DNA of 56,633 bases, counting the filler, from Circinaria calcarea (taxonomy: Eukaryota), in assembly GCA_051942165.1 (NCBI GenBank). It is 6 parts of 6 records of this genome, joined end to end, with 100 filler letters (N's around TTAATTAATTAA, not from the genome) between each part and the next. Parts side by side here need not be neighbours in the genome. Positions count along the whole stretch, not along the records: positions 9,501 to 18,882 come from JAVECS010000946.1; positions 18,983 to 28,350 come from JAVECS010000947.1; 4 more parts are not named here. The stretch is one strand, 5' to 3'. Shown piece by piece: positions 12,254 to 22,639 of this stretch. The stretch's first letter is position 1. The number at the start of each line of letters is the position of its first letter. The position numbers and the translations under genes are program-made. The notes beneath the pieces were generated by a model that was not told where the DNA came from, ran no database searches, and saw only the letters and a program-made list of their open reading frames with translations.

Positions 12254-13777
12254 AATAATTGATATTGAAGGCTTGATCAATAATGGGGAAACAACTTAGA
12301 AGGAAGGGGCATATTGTTAGGATTCTAAATGATATTCTGTTTGTATAACAGGATGAAGGACATGAATTGGAGCCTAATATACGAACGCGTATAAGCCAAT
12401 AGATGATGTATACTTTCTATGCAGGGAAGGGCATGGAAAGAACAGATACCGAGGCTCGCGTTCTCTAAGCCCATATCGTGCCACAAAGGTAATACAGAGT
12501 ACACCAATCAAGGTGTAAACTAGACAAGCCTAATTTGATGCAGTGTATGAATATACAGCGCAGCAGGGGGCAAGGACTGTGAACGGAGTCGTGGTAATGT
12601 AGATGCCGAAGGTTGTTAGGGGACGGAGCAGGCCGTATATAGGCAAGTAGCCGGGGGTCTTAGGCTATCCTGCGCCTCAGTGCTAACACTTGAAGGACCA
12701 ACCAATAACAAGGAGTTTCTTTCTTACATGCTGGCTGCAGCGGTGGTGATGTGGTGGTAAATCCGGACGGGAAGGTAATGGCTTTAGAAGAAACGCAACC
12801 AATCGGAAAGACCAGAGTTATCATCAGCTCTATAAGAAATCGGGTGCAGTAGGTCACACAGCATATTAAATGCTATCGTAGGAGATATATGGAACGGCTA
12901 TATTTCGACACTTTAAGCGAATAGCGCGAAATATGCATGAATGCAGTTCCAGACCCTAGTGGGGGCTACCTTAGCTCCAAATCTATAACATTCACACTAG
13001 GCCTAATAGATTCGTAGGGCGAAGTTCAATATCAATTGGGTGGTTTCGCTGTTTTCTGTCATGTCTATGCAGGGCGCGGAATAACAGTGCTTCCAGCTAG
13101 TTTATACCTTGCTTGTAAAAGGGCCCCAGCTTAGCCTTGCATAGCTCCATTGTGGTTGTACAATGGGAGCTATGATATGCCAGCGGGCCTTGTTTGGCTA
13201 AGACGAGGGTAGATTCTGGGCTACATAGCTGGTCTACCACCCGGGCGTTACGATATCAGGCTTATGTTATCAGCTGCCCGCTCCCGAGCATAACAAATTT
13301 CTAGCGAAACCTCCAAACAACTTTCCCCGGTGCATAATGCAGAGCTTGGCAAAGTAGGAACAGTGCCGCAGTGCGCAATTGCTGACCGTATGAATAAATT
13401 GCAGTACAAATCGTGAAGACGGTAGTAACTGATAGCCATGCTGGGCCATATTTGACCTTGGTTCGATTTCTTTACATTAACTAAAATAAATGCTAGTCGG
13501 CCCTTTACCGTGATTCCAAGGATTTCCGGTATATTTGACATGTCTATTTGGTTTCACTAGGTGTCATCGGGAAGAATTCAGAGTATTATATATACTATCG
13601 AAAATGAAGTAATATTTTCTTTTAATGCATCAGCGAAACAATACTCTATCCATATATCAATAATAATTTCTTCTTTGGCTTTGATGAAAAGATTTTCTAA
13701 ATCCCTATGTTCAGAACCTAGCTAATCAGAACCACCTCTGTATTGTATTATCTCCGAAACCAAAGTGCCCCAACTTT

Positions 13778-14010
13778 CTACTTTGGGTGTCTCCGGGTAT
13801 GCGCCCATCTCCAAATAGCAGCCTCGTCCTCATCAACAGTCGTGGTATTTGAGGTTGGGGTAGCTTCATCTGGTCAATAATAAGCATGGTTGGTTCTTTA
13901 CCGGGTTCAGTGCATCGTTAGAGTTGGTATTACATACCTCTCTTAATAATAACGGGCATGGTAGTTGCTTGCAAGAAGAAGAGCGAAAGCAGAATGAGCT
14001 TGGGATTCAT
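13778..14010 (-). CDS. Small secreted Kex2-type precursor-like peptide, 54 aa, 2 exons; candidate RiPP precursor
   Basis: Exon 1 14010-13938, intron 13937-13870 (GTATGT...CAG, 68 nt), exon 2 13869-13778 ending in TAG. Product: MNPKLILLSLFFLQATTMPVIIKR-DEATPTSNTTTVDEDEAAIWRWAHT-RR-HPK. Hydrophobic signal, KR and RR dibasic sites, acidic stretch before an aromatic motif. Lies divergent from a DUF3328 gene. Confidence 0.72.
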
Positions 14011-14885
14011 GGTGAAGCTAACGTCGAGCGATAACGAATTGAGATCAGTCAACCGAGATTTTTTTGGAATATGAAATTTCGAGGAAGTGTAGTAAAGGCT
14101 CGACTCGAATATGGGCAAGGTTGAAAGAAAGAACGAAACATGCTGGAAGCAAGGATCGGTTAATATACATCTTGACATCATGATATTCAACTTGTTTCGG
14201 ATTCTAATGACTCGTGCAACAGGACATGGGGCGACATCAAGGAACTAATTCGTCGTTTTTACATGCAGATCGCAACTCGGAGCACTCACAATTGAAGCTA
14301 CATGGAACGGCTTTTTCCAGGACCGCAACATATTCACCTATTGGTCTTGAATCTAGGCTTAAGGCTATGAAATCTGTCGCATGATTTTACTACCAGTCAT
14401 CTCAATTTACTACTGTGCCCTGACCCTTGAATTGAGCGATTTTTTAGCCATAGAAACAACCTTGCTCGGCGAAAACAGAGCATTAGTAGCCAAGGCCCAA
14501 TGGTTGGAGCAGGGACTTACCGGATATTGCCGTTGAACGGGAAGTTTTAAGGCACGGAAAGACCTGGGTGAGCAGTTAATTTGCATTAGGACCTTAATTT
14601 CTTAGACTAGAAATTGAGCTAGATTGCGGCATAGCAATCTCAGCCTCTCTATTTTTACAGCGATTACAGAAAATAAAAATATTTTACTCTTATTATTTTC
14701 TCTTCAGCTGTAAACATGGGTCAGAAACCCGATTTGAAAAAAGCGTCGAAGCAGGGATGAATTAAGAAGCGTTGGTGTGCCTCCTAGTTTTAGCTGCAAA
14801 GTTACTCCACTATTAGCTAATACCTTCTGAAAGCCGCTTTGCTCATTGTTCGTGTCCGGGGTTCCTATCTAGGTTCCAACTCGTC

Positions 14886-15713
14886 ATGTTTATGAGATAT
14901 TGGCACTCTGGACGTCATGTTTCCAAGATAAGGCGGTGCAATGCCTTTTCACCACTACCTTCCACCGAACTCGATTTCCATCAAGAAGAGCGTCCTCGGC
15001 TTTCTATTTATGGACGTATATTAATGCTTGCCTTCATGCTCTGTGTCGCTTCTGGCATTGCGGGGTTCATTGCTGGAAGATATTCTAGAGGCGGCAACTC
15101 ACTAAGTAAAGTCAAGCTTTTTCACATGCCGAGTTCAAGCTGGTTGATATTTTGTAGCTCCTGTTGGATCCATTCTTACCACTTTCGAACCCAATGCGTC
15201 ATTCTCAGCGACGACATCTGTAGACTCAGACAAGGCATGGCAGGAGCTTTCCCAGTGTAAGAACTATAAGGCCAGATATATAGTTCTAATAAATAGCTGA
15301 TTATTTGATATAGTAGGGCATGGCTTTATACTTCATCCTTTAATCGCATCTAATATTTCTGGATTCGCCGTTTTTCATCAACTGCATTGTCTGGTACTTA
15401 GCTCTTCGGATCTTACCTCAAACAACTACTGACTGAAACGAAGAATCGTCTCCGTCACGGCTACGACGCTGTCCTAAACCGGCCTGGTACTGATACATCG
15501 CTAGTGGGCCATCAGGAGCATCAAGGAGGGACTTCTCACATTACACATTGCTTTGACTATCTTCGGCAGTCTTTGCAGTGCGCGGCAGATACCAATGTTG
15601 AAACTGTTGATTTCGCGCTAGAAGGCGTGACTGGATGGCGTGTGAAGCGTGTATGTAGGGACTTCGAAGCGGTAAAGAAGTTTGCGGAAGAGTGGAGACC
15701 TAAAAACCACTAG
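14886..15713 (+). CDS. DUF3328 / UstYa-family oxidase no. 1, 4 exons
   Basis: N-terminal TM (ILMLAFMLCVASGIAGFIAG), DKAWQEL..GHGFI, first motif AVFHQLHCL (15376-15390), second motif HITHCFDYLRQSLQCAAD (15537-15551), then G-W...RVCRDFEAV. GT-AG introns keep the frame. Confidence 0.93.
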
Positions 15714-15801
15714 TTTCAACGGAAGATATGTCGTGGAGGAGGTGCCTTCAACAGCGCATCAAGTTCGAGGATAGAAACCCTTATCATAGAGGCTGTCTAT
15801 G

Positions 15802-16987
15802 CTAAGCGAGAAGATGATCAGAATTAATGCCTTCCAACACATCTTCAAACCCTTTCACGTCTCCTTCGGTCACCCCCAATCTCAGATCGTGGTCGATTAA
15901 CTCCCAGTCCTGCACCTCAGGTCGATCCGCCAGAGTATCTAGATTATAAAGATGCACTTTCCTGTCGCCATTCCATGCATCTAGCTTTTCCCAGTTTACA
16001 CACACTTGCTTGTTTATCGAGATTGGTCTAGGCTGGGAGCCAAACCATTTGAATGTGGTGATGGTTTGCGATCCGTGGCACATGGCGTTGAGGCGGAAAT
16101 ACTCGAGGCAATGGTCTGAATGTTGTATAAGAGCCCGCTTCATAAGGACTTGCGATATGCACGATTCATATGGAAGGATACTTACCAATGTGTCGCTTGC
16201 GCTCTTCCAACATAATGCCATCAAGTGCGGGCCAGTAATGATTTCGGTGAATCCATTTTCGAATCCACTTCTACGGAGGTAACATCAGCTGGCGATTCAG
16301 TAACGGGGGACAATCGTGCGCTATGAGAACACGGGGCCAATACGTACAACGCAGTGCAACTCATGATATACACCAAGCTGTGCAACATAGCCAGAGCCAT
16401 CTTTCAGAGCAAGGGATGTCCGATTGAGATTTCGGAGTTCTTCTCCCGAGAGACGAATATGGACATCTAAAGGTAAGCAGAGAGGTGTTAGCTAGGACGA
16501 GTGGAATTGCGTAAGGTGGTGCCTAGGGAGAGTCTAACTCTCTAAGAGATCAGACCAGGCTTTATCATGTTCTGGACGTGGATCCCCAGCATATGGGTTA
16601 CCATCGTAAACTGATTCCAGGGTCTTGACTTCATACTCAATCACGTCTTGAGCTGGCACTAGGAGCACGTTAACTAGATCTCAAAGCTGGGCCCACCTTC
16701 AACTTGCGGTATATCCCAAATTCTGGGTCTTGTCTCTGACCGTGGACCCAAAACAATCCAATTGTGGTAAGCATGATAATGTAAAGCAAGGCTATACAAG
16801 CATGAATCACGATTGGCCTCACCCACAAGCAAGAAAGGGAGTGTTTAGAAATATCGTTCTCCTCGACTTCGGTTTTACAATGATGAGGTAGAAACGGCTG
16901 GTTCACGGCGTCTTTCTCCACTTCGAGAATGGACGCAGGAATAGGCTGATAGGACATCTTACTTCCGAATAAAGATTTTATAAACAT
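15802..16987 (-). CDS. DUF3328 / UstYa-family oxidase no. 2, 5 exons (alternative start at 16957)
   Basis: TM (VIHACIALLYIIMLTTIGLFWV), PAQDVIEYE, YAGDPRPEHDKAWSDLL, GYVAQLGVYHELHCV (16365-16351), RHI|DHCLEYFRLNAMCHG (HIDHC split by an intron), QVCVNWEKLDAW. First intron is GC-AG. Confidence 0.93.
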
Positions 16988-17685
16988 GCAATGAGGCTCT
17001 TCAATCTCCTAGGAGAGTCAAGTATACGAGAAGGATGTTGGGTATGCGTGACTCGAAGTACAACTATACAATGGGAATAAAGTGTTATAACCATAGTTGA
17101 TGACTCTTAGAAACAAATAATAGTGAAGGGGAGTTGATGAAAATGTAATATTTCGGACATAGTTTCATGTAATGGCAAGTATTACAGCGTATCAAAGCTA
17201 AGCCCATTTTTCCCGATGGTAAACCGCAACCGTTTCTACATGCCGTTTTTGTGTGTGACTGTCCGATGCTTGAAGTCTACGCCGTCCTCATACTTGATAT
17301 TCCAGAGCTGCCTTGTGTCTCCTCCGGTCTTTCTTGTCTCAAGTCCAGTGCCCGCAGCTTGCGTTGGCAGCCGAGTGAGTCGGATCTGGCTCAAGGAGGC
17401 ACAGTATGCATAGATTCCTTGCTTCTGCTTTTGGGTGGGAATGTTGCACTGCATGCGCGCATTTTCGGGCAGACACGGTGAGACTTCGGACTATGCACGG
17501 TACATCCCATGGGGCCATTGTTTAGCTGATTTTGTCGTTGCCGGCGAACAGCCGAACCATTTGTCTATTCCAGCCTTTTCAACGCTTTGTGCCTCTTGGT
17601 ACTTATGCGCGGCATCGTCTCCCAATCCCGAGGCACCAGTTGCTAAAGTTTCTTATCAGGAGCATAGTCAAGCGATCTCCTCAGG

Positions 17686-18882
17686 ATGGGGCAAGTCTCA
17701 GGTCTAACAAGTTCATTAATTGTACTCTCAATCTCCTATTACATATTTAGGCGTTTCAGAACAAGAAGGGCACGCTTAAGGCGAATGAAAGAGCTTGGAT
17801 GCAAATCGCCCCCCAGTTACCCTCACATAGATCCCATTCTTGGCCTTGATCTCTTCTTGGAAAATATCAACAACTTGAAGAAGCAGCGTTTCCTTGACAG
17901 CTTCAAAGCTCGCTTTGATAAGTATGGCCAAACATTTGGTGCAATTAGCATGGGCAGAACTACAATCTACACCAATGACCCCAAAAACTATCAGGCCGTC
18001 CATGCCTTAAAGTTCGCCGACTACGGTGTCCAGCCTCTGAGACGAGAGCCGACGCTTCCATTCCTTGGAGAAGGTGTGTTTACGATGGATGGGCCTTTCT
18101 GGGAACATTCTAGAGCTATAATTCGTCCTACTTTTACACGATCTAATGTTGCCAATTTGCCCGCCTTCGAAGTTCATTTTCGGAAGTTCCTTGATTTGAT
18201 CCCTGGAAATGGAGTAACAGTTGACCTGGAGCCTCTACTCTACAGACTGGTCAGTCCTCTTCTACGCTTTATTAAGATGCTGACTCAGATATCTCGCAAA
18301 GTTCGTCGATACATCGACGGAGTTCCTCTTCGGAGAATCCATGAACACTTTATCACCAGCAGCCTCACTCCAGACTCAGCAGTTTCTTGACGCTTTTCAT
18401 TATGCACAGCGTGGTATGGGCACCCGCATTCAGATGGGCAGATTTAGATTTCTACACCAGGACCGAAAATGGCGAGAAGCTATCAAGACCACACATGCGT
18501 TTGCCGACAAGTATGTAGACATAGCACTTGCGTACCGAGAAGAATATATTACCACAAAGAAAAGAAACGAGCCCGACAAAGATACTCTAATTGAAGACGA
18601 TGACGTGAATAACCGCTATGTTCTCTTGCAGGAAATCGCCAAAGAAACAGATAACCGCGTCGAACTTCGTAGCCAAGTCCTCCATGTCTTTCTGGCCGGC
18701 CACGACTCGACCGCCATAACTATCGGAAACGCCATCTTTCATCTTTGTCGGTACCCGGACAAATGGGAGAAGCTGCGCGCCGAAGTGATTGCCATGGGCG
18801 ATGCTCCACTTACGTTCGAGCATCTGAAGGAACTGCACTATCTACAACACATTGTGAAAGAAAGTAAAGCATCCCCCTATTG
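17686..18882 (+). CDS. Cytochrome P450, CYP52-clan-like; 3' end cut off by contig end
   Basis: N-terminal TM, PHIDPILGLD, PFLGEGVFTMDGPFWEHSRAIIRPTF, FVDTSTEFLFGES (after an intron), I-helix HVFLAGHDSTA, start of K-helix LQHIVKE. The heme motif lies beyond the contig end. Confidence 0.9.
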
Positions 18883-18982
18883 NNNNNNNNNNNNNNNNNN
18901 NNNNNNNNNNNNNNNNNNNNNNNNNNTTAATTAATTAANNNNNNNNNNNNNNNNNNNNNNNNNNNNNNNNNNNNNNNNNNNN
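18883..18982. other. Artificial contig-joining spacer
   Basis: N-run/TTAATTAATTAA/N-run. Confidence 0.98.
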
Positions 18983-19710
18983 GGGTTTTGGTGTGCTAAT
19001 GCCCGGGGGAAAAAGGGAAAGGGGGGGGGAGAGGCCTTACGCTGCCGAGGAGGTTGCGAGTGGCGCAGCGCCGAGGATGCTCGAGAAAAGGCTGGGGGTT
19101 GCCATGATAAGAGAGGGCTTTGGGGGGGAGATTATACCGTAGGATTTTTTTCCTGCCCGGATGACAGTGATGCACCTATATGAATGCGTGCGGTGAGAAT
19201 CGCCGACATTGAACTCCTCTCCCCAGCCAAGATGCTGCTCCATAGCCCTGCATCATGCAGTCAAGTCGGCAGGAAGCCATACTCGGGATCAAATGCTACT
19301 GCTGACACAAATGTCAAATATCTCCAAACGATGAGATAAAAAGTCCCCGAATCTCCTCTGCCTTCTCGATCAGGCCCCAACCTGAACCTCCTCACCGATG
19401 CATAATGCAAATAACCATGAAAAGAAGCCGAAGATGCAAAAGGGACGCAAGTGTTTCTCTGGGGTGGAATTTCGGCCGAATGTTCGGACACACCACCCCC
19501 CCACCCCTTTTTTTTCCCTCCGAAACTGACCACTACCCCGAAACTGACCTCCTCCCAAGAAAGGTCACCTCCGCCACCGAAACACCAGGCAAATTCCCCC
19601 TTTTTCCCTTTGGAGAGAAAGCTCCAAGTCGAGCATAATGTACATGTCTCTCGATGGAGTTTCTGGGGAACCTTCGACCCTCTTTTCTCCTGAATCCCCA
19701 CCCGTCCACC

Positions 19711-20982
19711 ATGTTTGGCTTCTTCCACTCGGAATTCTTTGACTTCGAATTGACCCGCCTGCTGGGGACGGCCCCCTTTGGCGGATGCGACATTGCCGAG
19801 TTCCTCGAGGCCGTGGGCCAGATCAAGAGGCACGATGCCGAGAGCTGGTACCGCGCTTGGAAGGAACAGGGAGAGCGGGTCGAGGAGATTGCCCGGGAGG
19901 CAGCCCGCGACGGCCATCCGATCTTTGCCCGAAGGGCCTTTTTGCGCTCTTCCAACTACTTTCGCGCCAGCCCTTATATGCTTCCGAGTTCGGACGAACG
20001 GGTCCTGCAGTGCGCGGAGAGGGCGGTGCGAGACTTCAGACAGGCGATCCCCTTCATGGAAGGGAAAGTGCTGGTGCTGGAGATCCCATACCAGGGCGGC
20101 ATTACCCTGCCCGGTTATCTCTACCTCCCGCCACCGGCTAAGCGCGTACGGGGTAAGATTCCGGTGATTGTCAACTGCGGAGGCGCGGATTCGACCCAGG
20201 AGGAGCTCTATTTCATGTATGGCGTTTCGGGCACGGAACTCGGCTACGCGGTGCTCACGTTCGAGGGACCGGGGCAGGGTCTGGTGCTGAAGAGAGACAA
20301 GGTCACCATGAGACCGGACTATGAGGTTGTGACCGGCCGGGTGTTGGATCATCTTTTCCATCTGGCCACCGTTTACCCGGACCTCGAGCTTGACCTGGAC
20401 CGCATCGCAGTGGCGGGAGCGTCGATGGGTGCCTATTACGCCCTGAGGGCGGCGACGGATCCCCGGATCAAGGCCTGTGTCGCCGTCGATCCCTTTTACA
20501 GTCTCTGGAGCCTGGCTCTCACCCGACTGCCTCAGTGGTACGCCCATCTCTGGCAGAGCGGCTGGATCTCCGAGGCATTCTTCAACTGGTCCGTCCGCAC
20601 GCACATGAGCGTCGACTTCCCCAGTCGCTGGGAATTCTCCTTGGGGTCGTGGATGATGGGGAGATCCACCCCCGGGGACACGCTCCGACGCTTCCAGGAC
20701 TTCTCCCTCGACATCGCCCAGGACGGCAAGATCTTGGACCGCGTCGACTGTCCCGTGCTGGTGACCGGTGCCAAACGCACCATCTATGCGTCGGCGGAGA
20801 CGAGTACGATTCAGATTTACAACTCACTCGTGCGGGTCCCGGAAAGCTGTAAGGAGGTCTGGATCCCGAACGAGACGGGCGGTGGCGGGCTGACGGCAAA
20901 GGTGGGAGCGTGGGGTCTTTTGTCGCAGCGGACTTTTCAATTCCTGGACAAGCATTTCAAAACGGAGCGTGAAAAACCTTAG
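19711..20982 (+). CDS. Intronless alpha/beta-fold hydrolase (2,6-dihydroxypseudooxynicotine-hydrolase-like family)
   Basis: MFGFFHSEFFDFELTRLLG..PFGGCD, RSSNYFRAS, LPGYLY, GGADSTQEELY, FEGPGQG, nucleophile elbow GASMG (20416-20430). ATG 19711 preferred (CCACC context); the ORF extends to 19654. Confidence 0.88.
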   Translation: MFGFFHSEFFDFELTRLLGTAPFGGCDIAEFLEAVGQIKRHDAESWYRAWKEQGERVEEIAREAARDGHPIFARRAFLRSSNYFRASPYMLPSSDERVLQCAERAVRDFRQAIPFMEGKVLVLEIPYQGGITLPGYLYLPPPAKRVRGKIPVIVNCGGADSTQEELYFMYGVSGTELGYAVLTFEGPGQGLVLKRDKVTMRPDYEVVTGRVLDHLFHLATVYPDLELDLDRIAVAGASMGAYYALRAATDPRIKACVAVDPFYSLWSLALTRLPQWYAHLWQSGWISEAFFNWSVRTHMSVDFPSRWEFSLGSWMMGRSTPGDTLRRFQDFSLDIAQDGKILDRVDCPVLVTGAKRTIYASAETSTIQIYNSLVRVPESCKEVWIPNETGGGGLTAKVGAWGLLSQRTFQFLDKHFKTEREKP

Positions 20983-21712
20983 TAGGAAATAGCATGAATG
21001 GATTATTTTTTTACCCGCGACATCTGATTGAAATTGCATCCTGTGTTTTCCCATGAGAGAGCCGAATGGATCCAAGTAGGAGGCACGTAACCGTGTATTA
21101 TATAAAATGCGGGGGGGTTGCCCAGATGCTAACATCCGACCCTCTCCCTCCCTAATCTTCCTCGGAACAAATTCAGCCCCAACATATCTATTCCAGATTG
21201 TGGGTATAAGTAGACCGACGCCCCCCCCCCCAACTAACAATACCCAGGCGTCAGGGAGTTTTCCAGAGTAGCACTGTAGCAGCAGCAGAGAGGTGTATAG
21301 TCAGATTACGAGAATCCTCACCTACTTAGCTCCGCTGTTCGATTCGAATTGCCATAATGAATCCATCCAAGAGGAGATTTTGCCATCTTTCCTGTCTGTC
21401 AAGAAACTACCACCCCCGGGAGGGGGGGCTTCAATTGATTCATTTACGAAAGATGATGGGGCATCAGGGGGTGCAAAATTCGGGCTAAACGGGGGAAAAA
21501 AAGGTTTTGCAGTTTCTCACCCCCGAATCGATTAGCTTTTTCAACTCCCAAAATTGCCCGAAACCAAAAGGGTGTGGAAAGAGTTAAAGCAATTCTTTCC
21601 GATCTCCGTGACGATGGAATAGAACTGTTTGACGCTCTAAGGGATTTTTTTCCGTTCCCCCCCCTTCCCTTCTCTCCCTTTCTCCATTTCCAACCGTTTC
21701 AACCAAACTTTC

Positions 21713-22639
21713 TCAGTGGCCTACCACAACATCCTCATACTTGACCATGTATCCGCGGTCTCCCTCCATATCGTCGTCGTCGTCATCATCATCATCATCA
21801 TCCCCACCATCGGCGTCATCGGGGTCGTAATCCTCATCCTTCTCCGTCTTGTACGCAATGAATCCCATCTCGGCCATACCGTCCAGCCGGAGCCCAATGA
21901 CTTGATGCTTCTGGAGTAAGAATTTGGTACTCCCGAGGTCAGTCACCCGGCTCTCGCGTATCCCGACGACGGCCTCTTCGATCACCAAGGGTCCATGGTG
22001 AGGGCAGCGTCCGATAAGGTCCAAGGCTCGGGAGAGATTGCTGTCGATGCTGATACCGTCGTAGTCGCCGTTATCATCGTCTTCGTCTTCTTCGTCTCCT
22101 CTACCTTCGTCGGGATCCTCATCTTCATCTTCCTCGACCGAGTAGCCGAATATGCTGTGGACCTTCTTGATCTTCTGGGGCTCCTGGGACTGCTGCGCAT
22201 CATCATCATCATCATGAGTCCTTTGGATCTTGTGATTTCCATAGCCGAAGAACTGGACTCGCTCGCTTGTGCATCTCAGCTCTAGACAACCAGTGCCCAT
22301 GTAAAGGCGGTGCCGTCGAACCTTCAAGCCGACCAAGGTCGACGGGTCTCTTCCTTTGCCATCGAAGGGGATGATGGTAGTAGGAGCTCTACACATAGCG
22401 GGTGTCATCCAAGGTGCGTAAGCCTGGTCCGGCGGCAACCGAGCATAGTCGTTAGAAGCCTTGTTGTCCTCCAAATACTTATCGATGTCGACCATTTCAT
22501 CATCGTCTAATGCATCTTCAGGTGCTGATATGCCCTCGTTGTCTGAGATATATCCAGGCCCTGATATCTTATCAGCCTCTGACCGACAATCGATAATCGA
22601 CAGGTCGTGGATATCTGGTAGATCTTCATGGTCGGCCAT
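21713..22639 (-). CDS. Hypothetical Asp/Glu-rich protein
   Basis: Single open frame MADHEDLPDIHDL... with poly-Asp tracts separating short globular-looking blocks. Confidence 0.6.
   Translation of the reverse strand: MADHEDLPDIHDLSIIDCRSEADKISGPGYISDNEGISAPEDALDDDEMVDIDKYLEDNKASNDYARLPPDQAYAPWMTPAMCRAPTTIIPFDGKGRDPSTLVGLKVRRHRLYMGTGCLELRCTSERVQFFGYGNHKIQRTHDDDDDAQQSQEPQKIKKVHSIFGYSVEEDEDEDPDEGRGDEEDEDDDNGDYDGISIDSNLSRALDLIGRCPHHGPLVIEEAVVGIRESRVTDLGSTKFLLQKHQVIGLRLDGMAEMGFIAYKTEKDEDYDPDDADGGDDDDDDDDDDDMEGDRGYMVKYEDVVVGH

Noticed and set aside
13778..14010. Peptide as an alpha-type mating pheromone precursor
   Set aside because: No repeated mature units, no paired Cys as in Pezizomycotina alpha-pheromones and no in-register X-A/X-P dipeptide spacer after KR. 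Adjacency to DUF3328 genes fits a RiPP better. Disfavoured, not formally excluded.
13930..14190. 86-aa ORF as listed in the track
   Set aside because: It starts at a TTG and ends inside an intron; only 14010-13938 is judged to be coding.
15241..15260. Possible frameshift in DUF3328 no. 1 (LSQ where LFP is common in the family)
   Set aside because: Donor T|GTAAG and the following acceptor join in frame to GHGFI, so no frameshift is needed.
17216..17750. Short ORFs between DUF3328 no. 2 and the P450 as a second precursor
   Set aside because: None has a signal peptide plus dibasic/acidic/aromatic architecture.
19261..20604. 447-aa minus-strand ORF
   Set aside because: Antisense shadow of the GC-rich hydrolase gene; no recognisable motifs.
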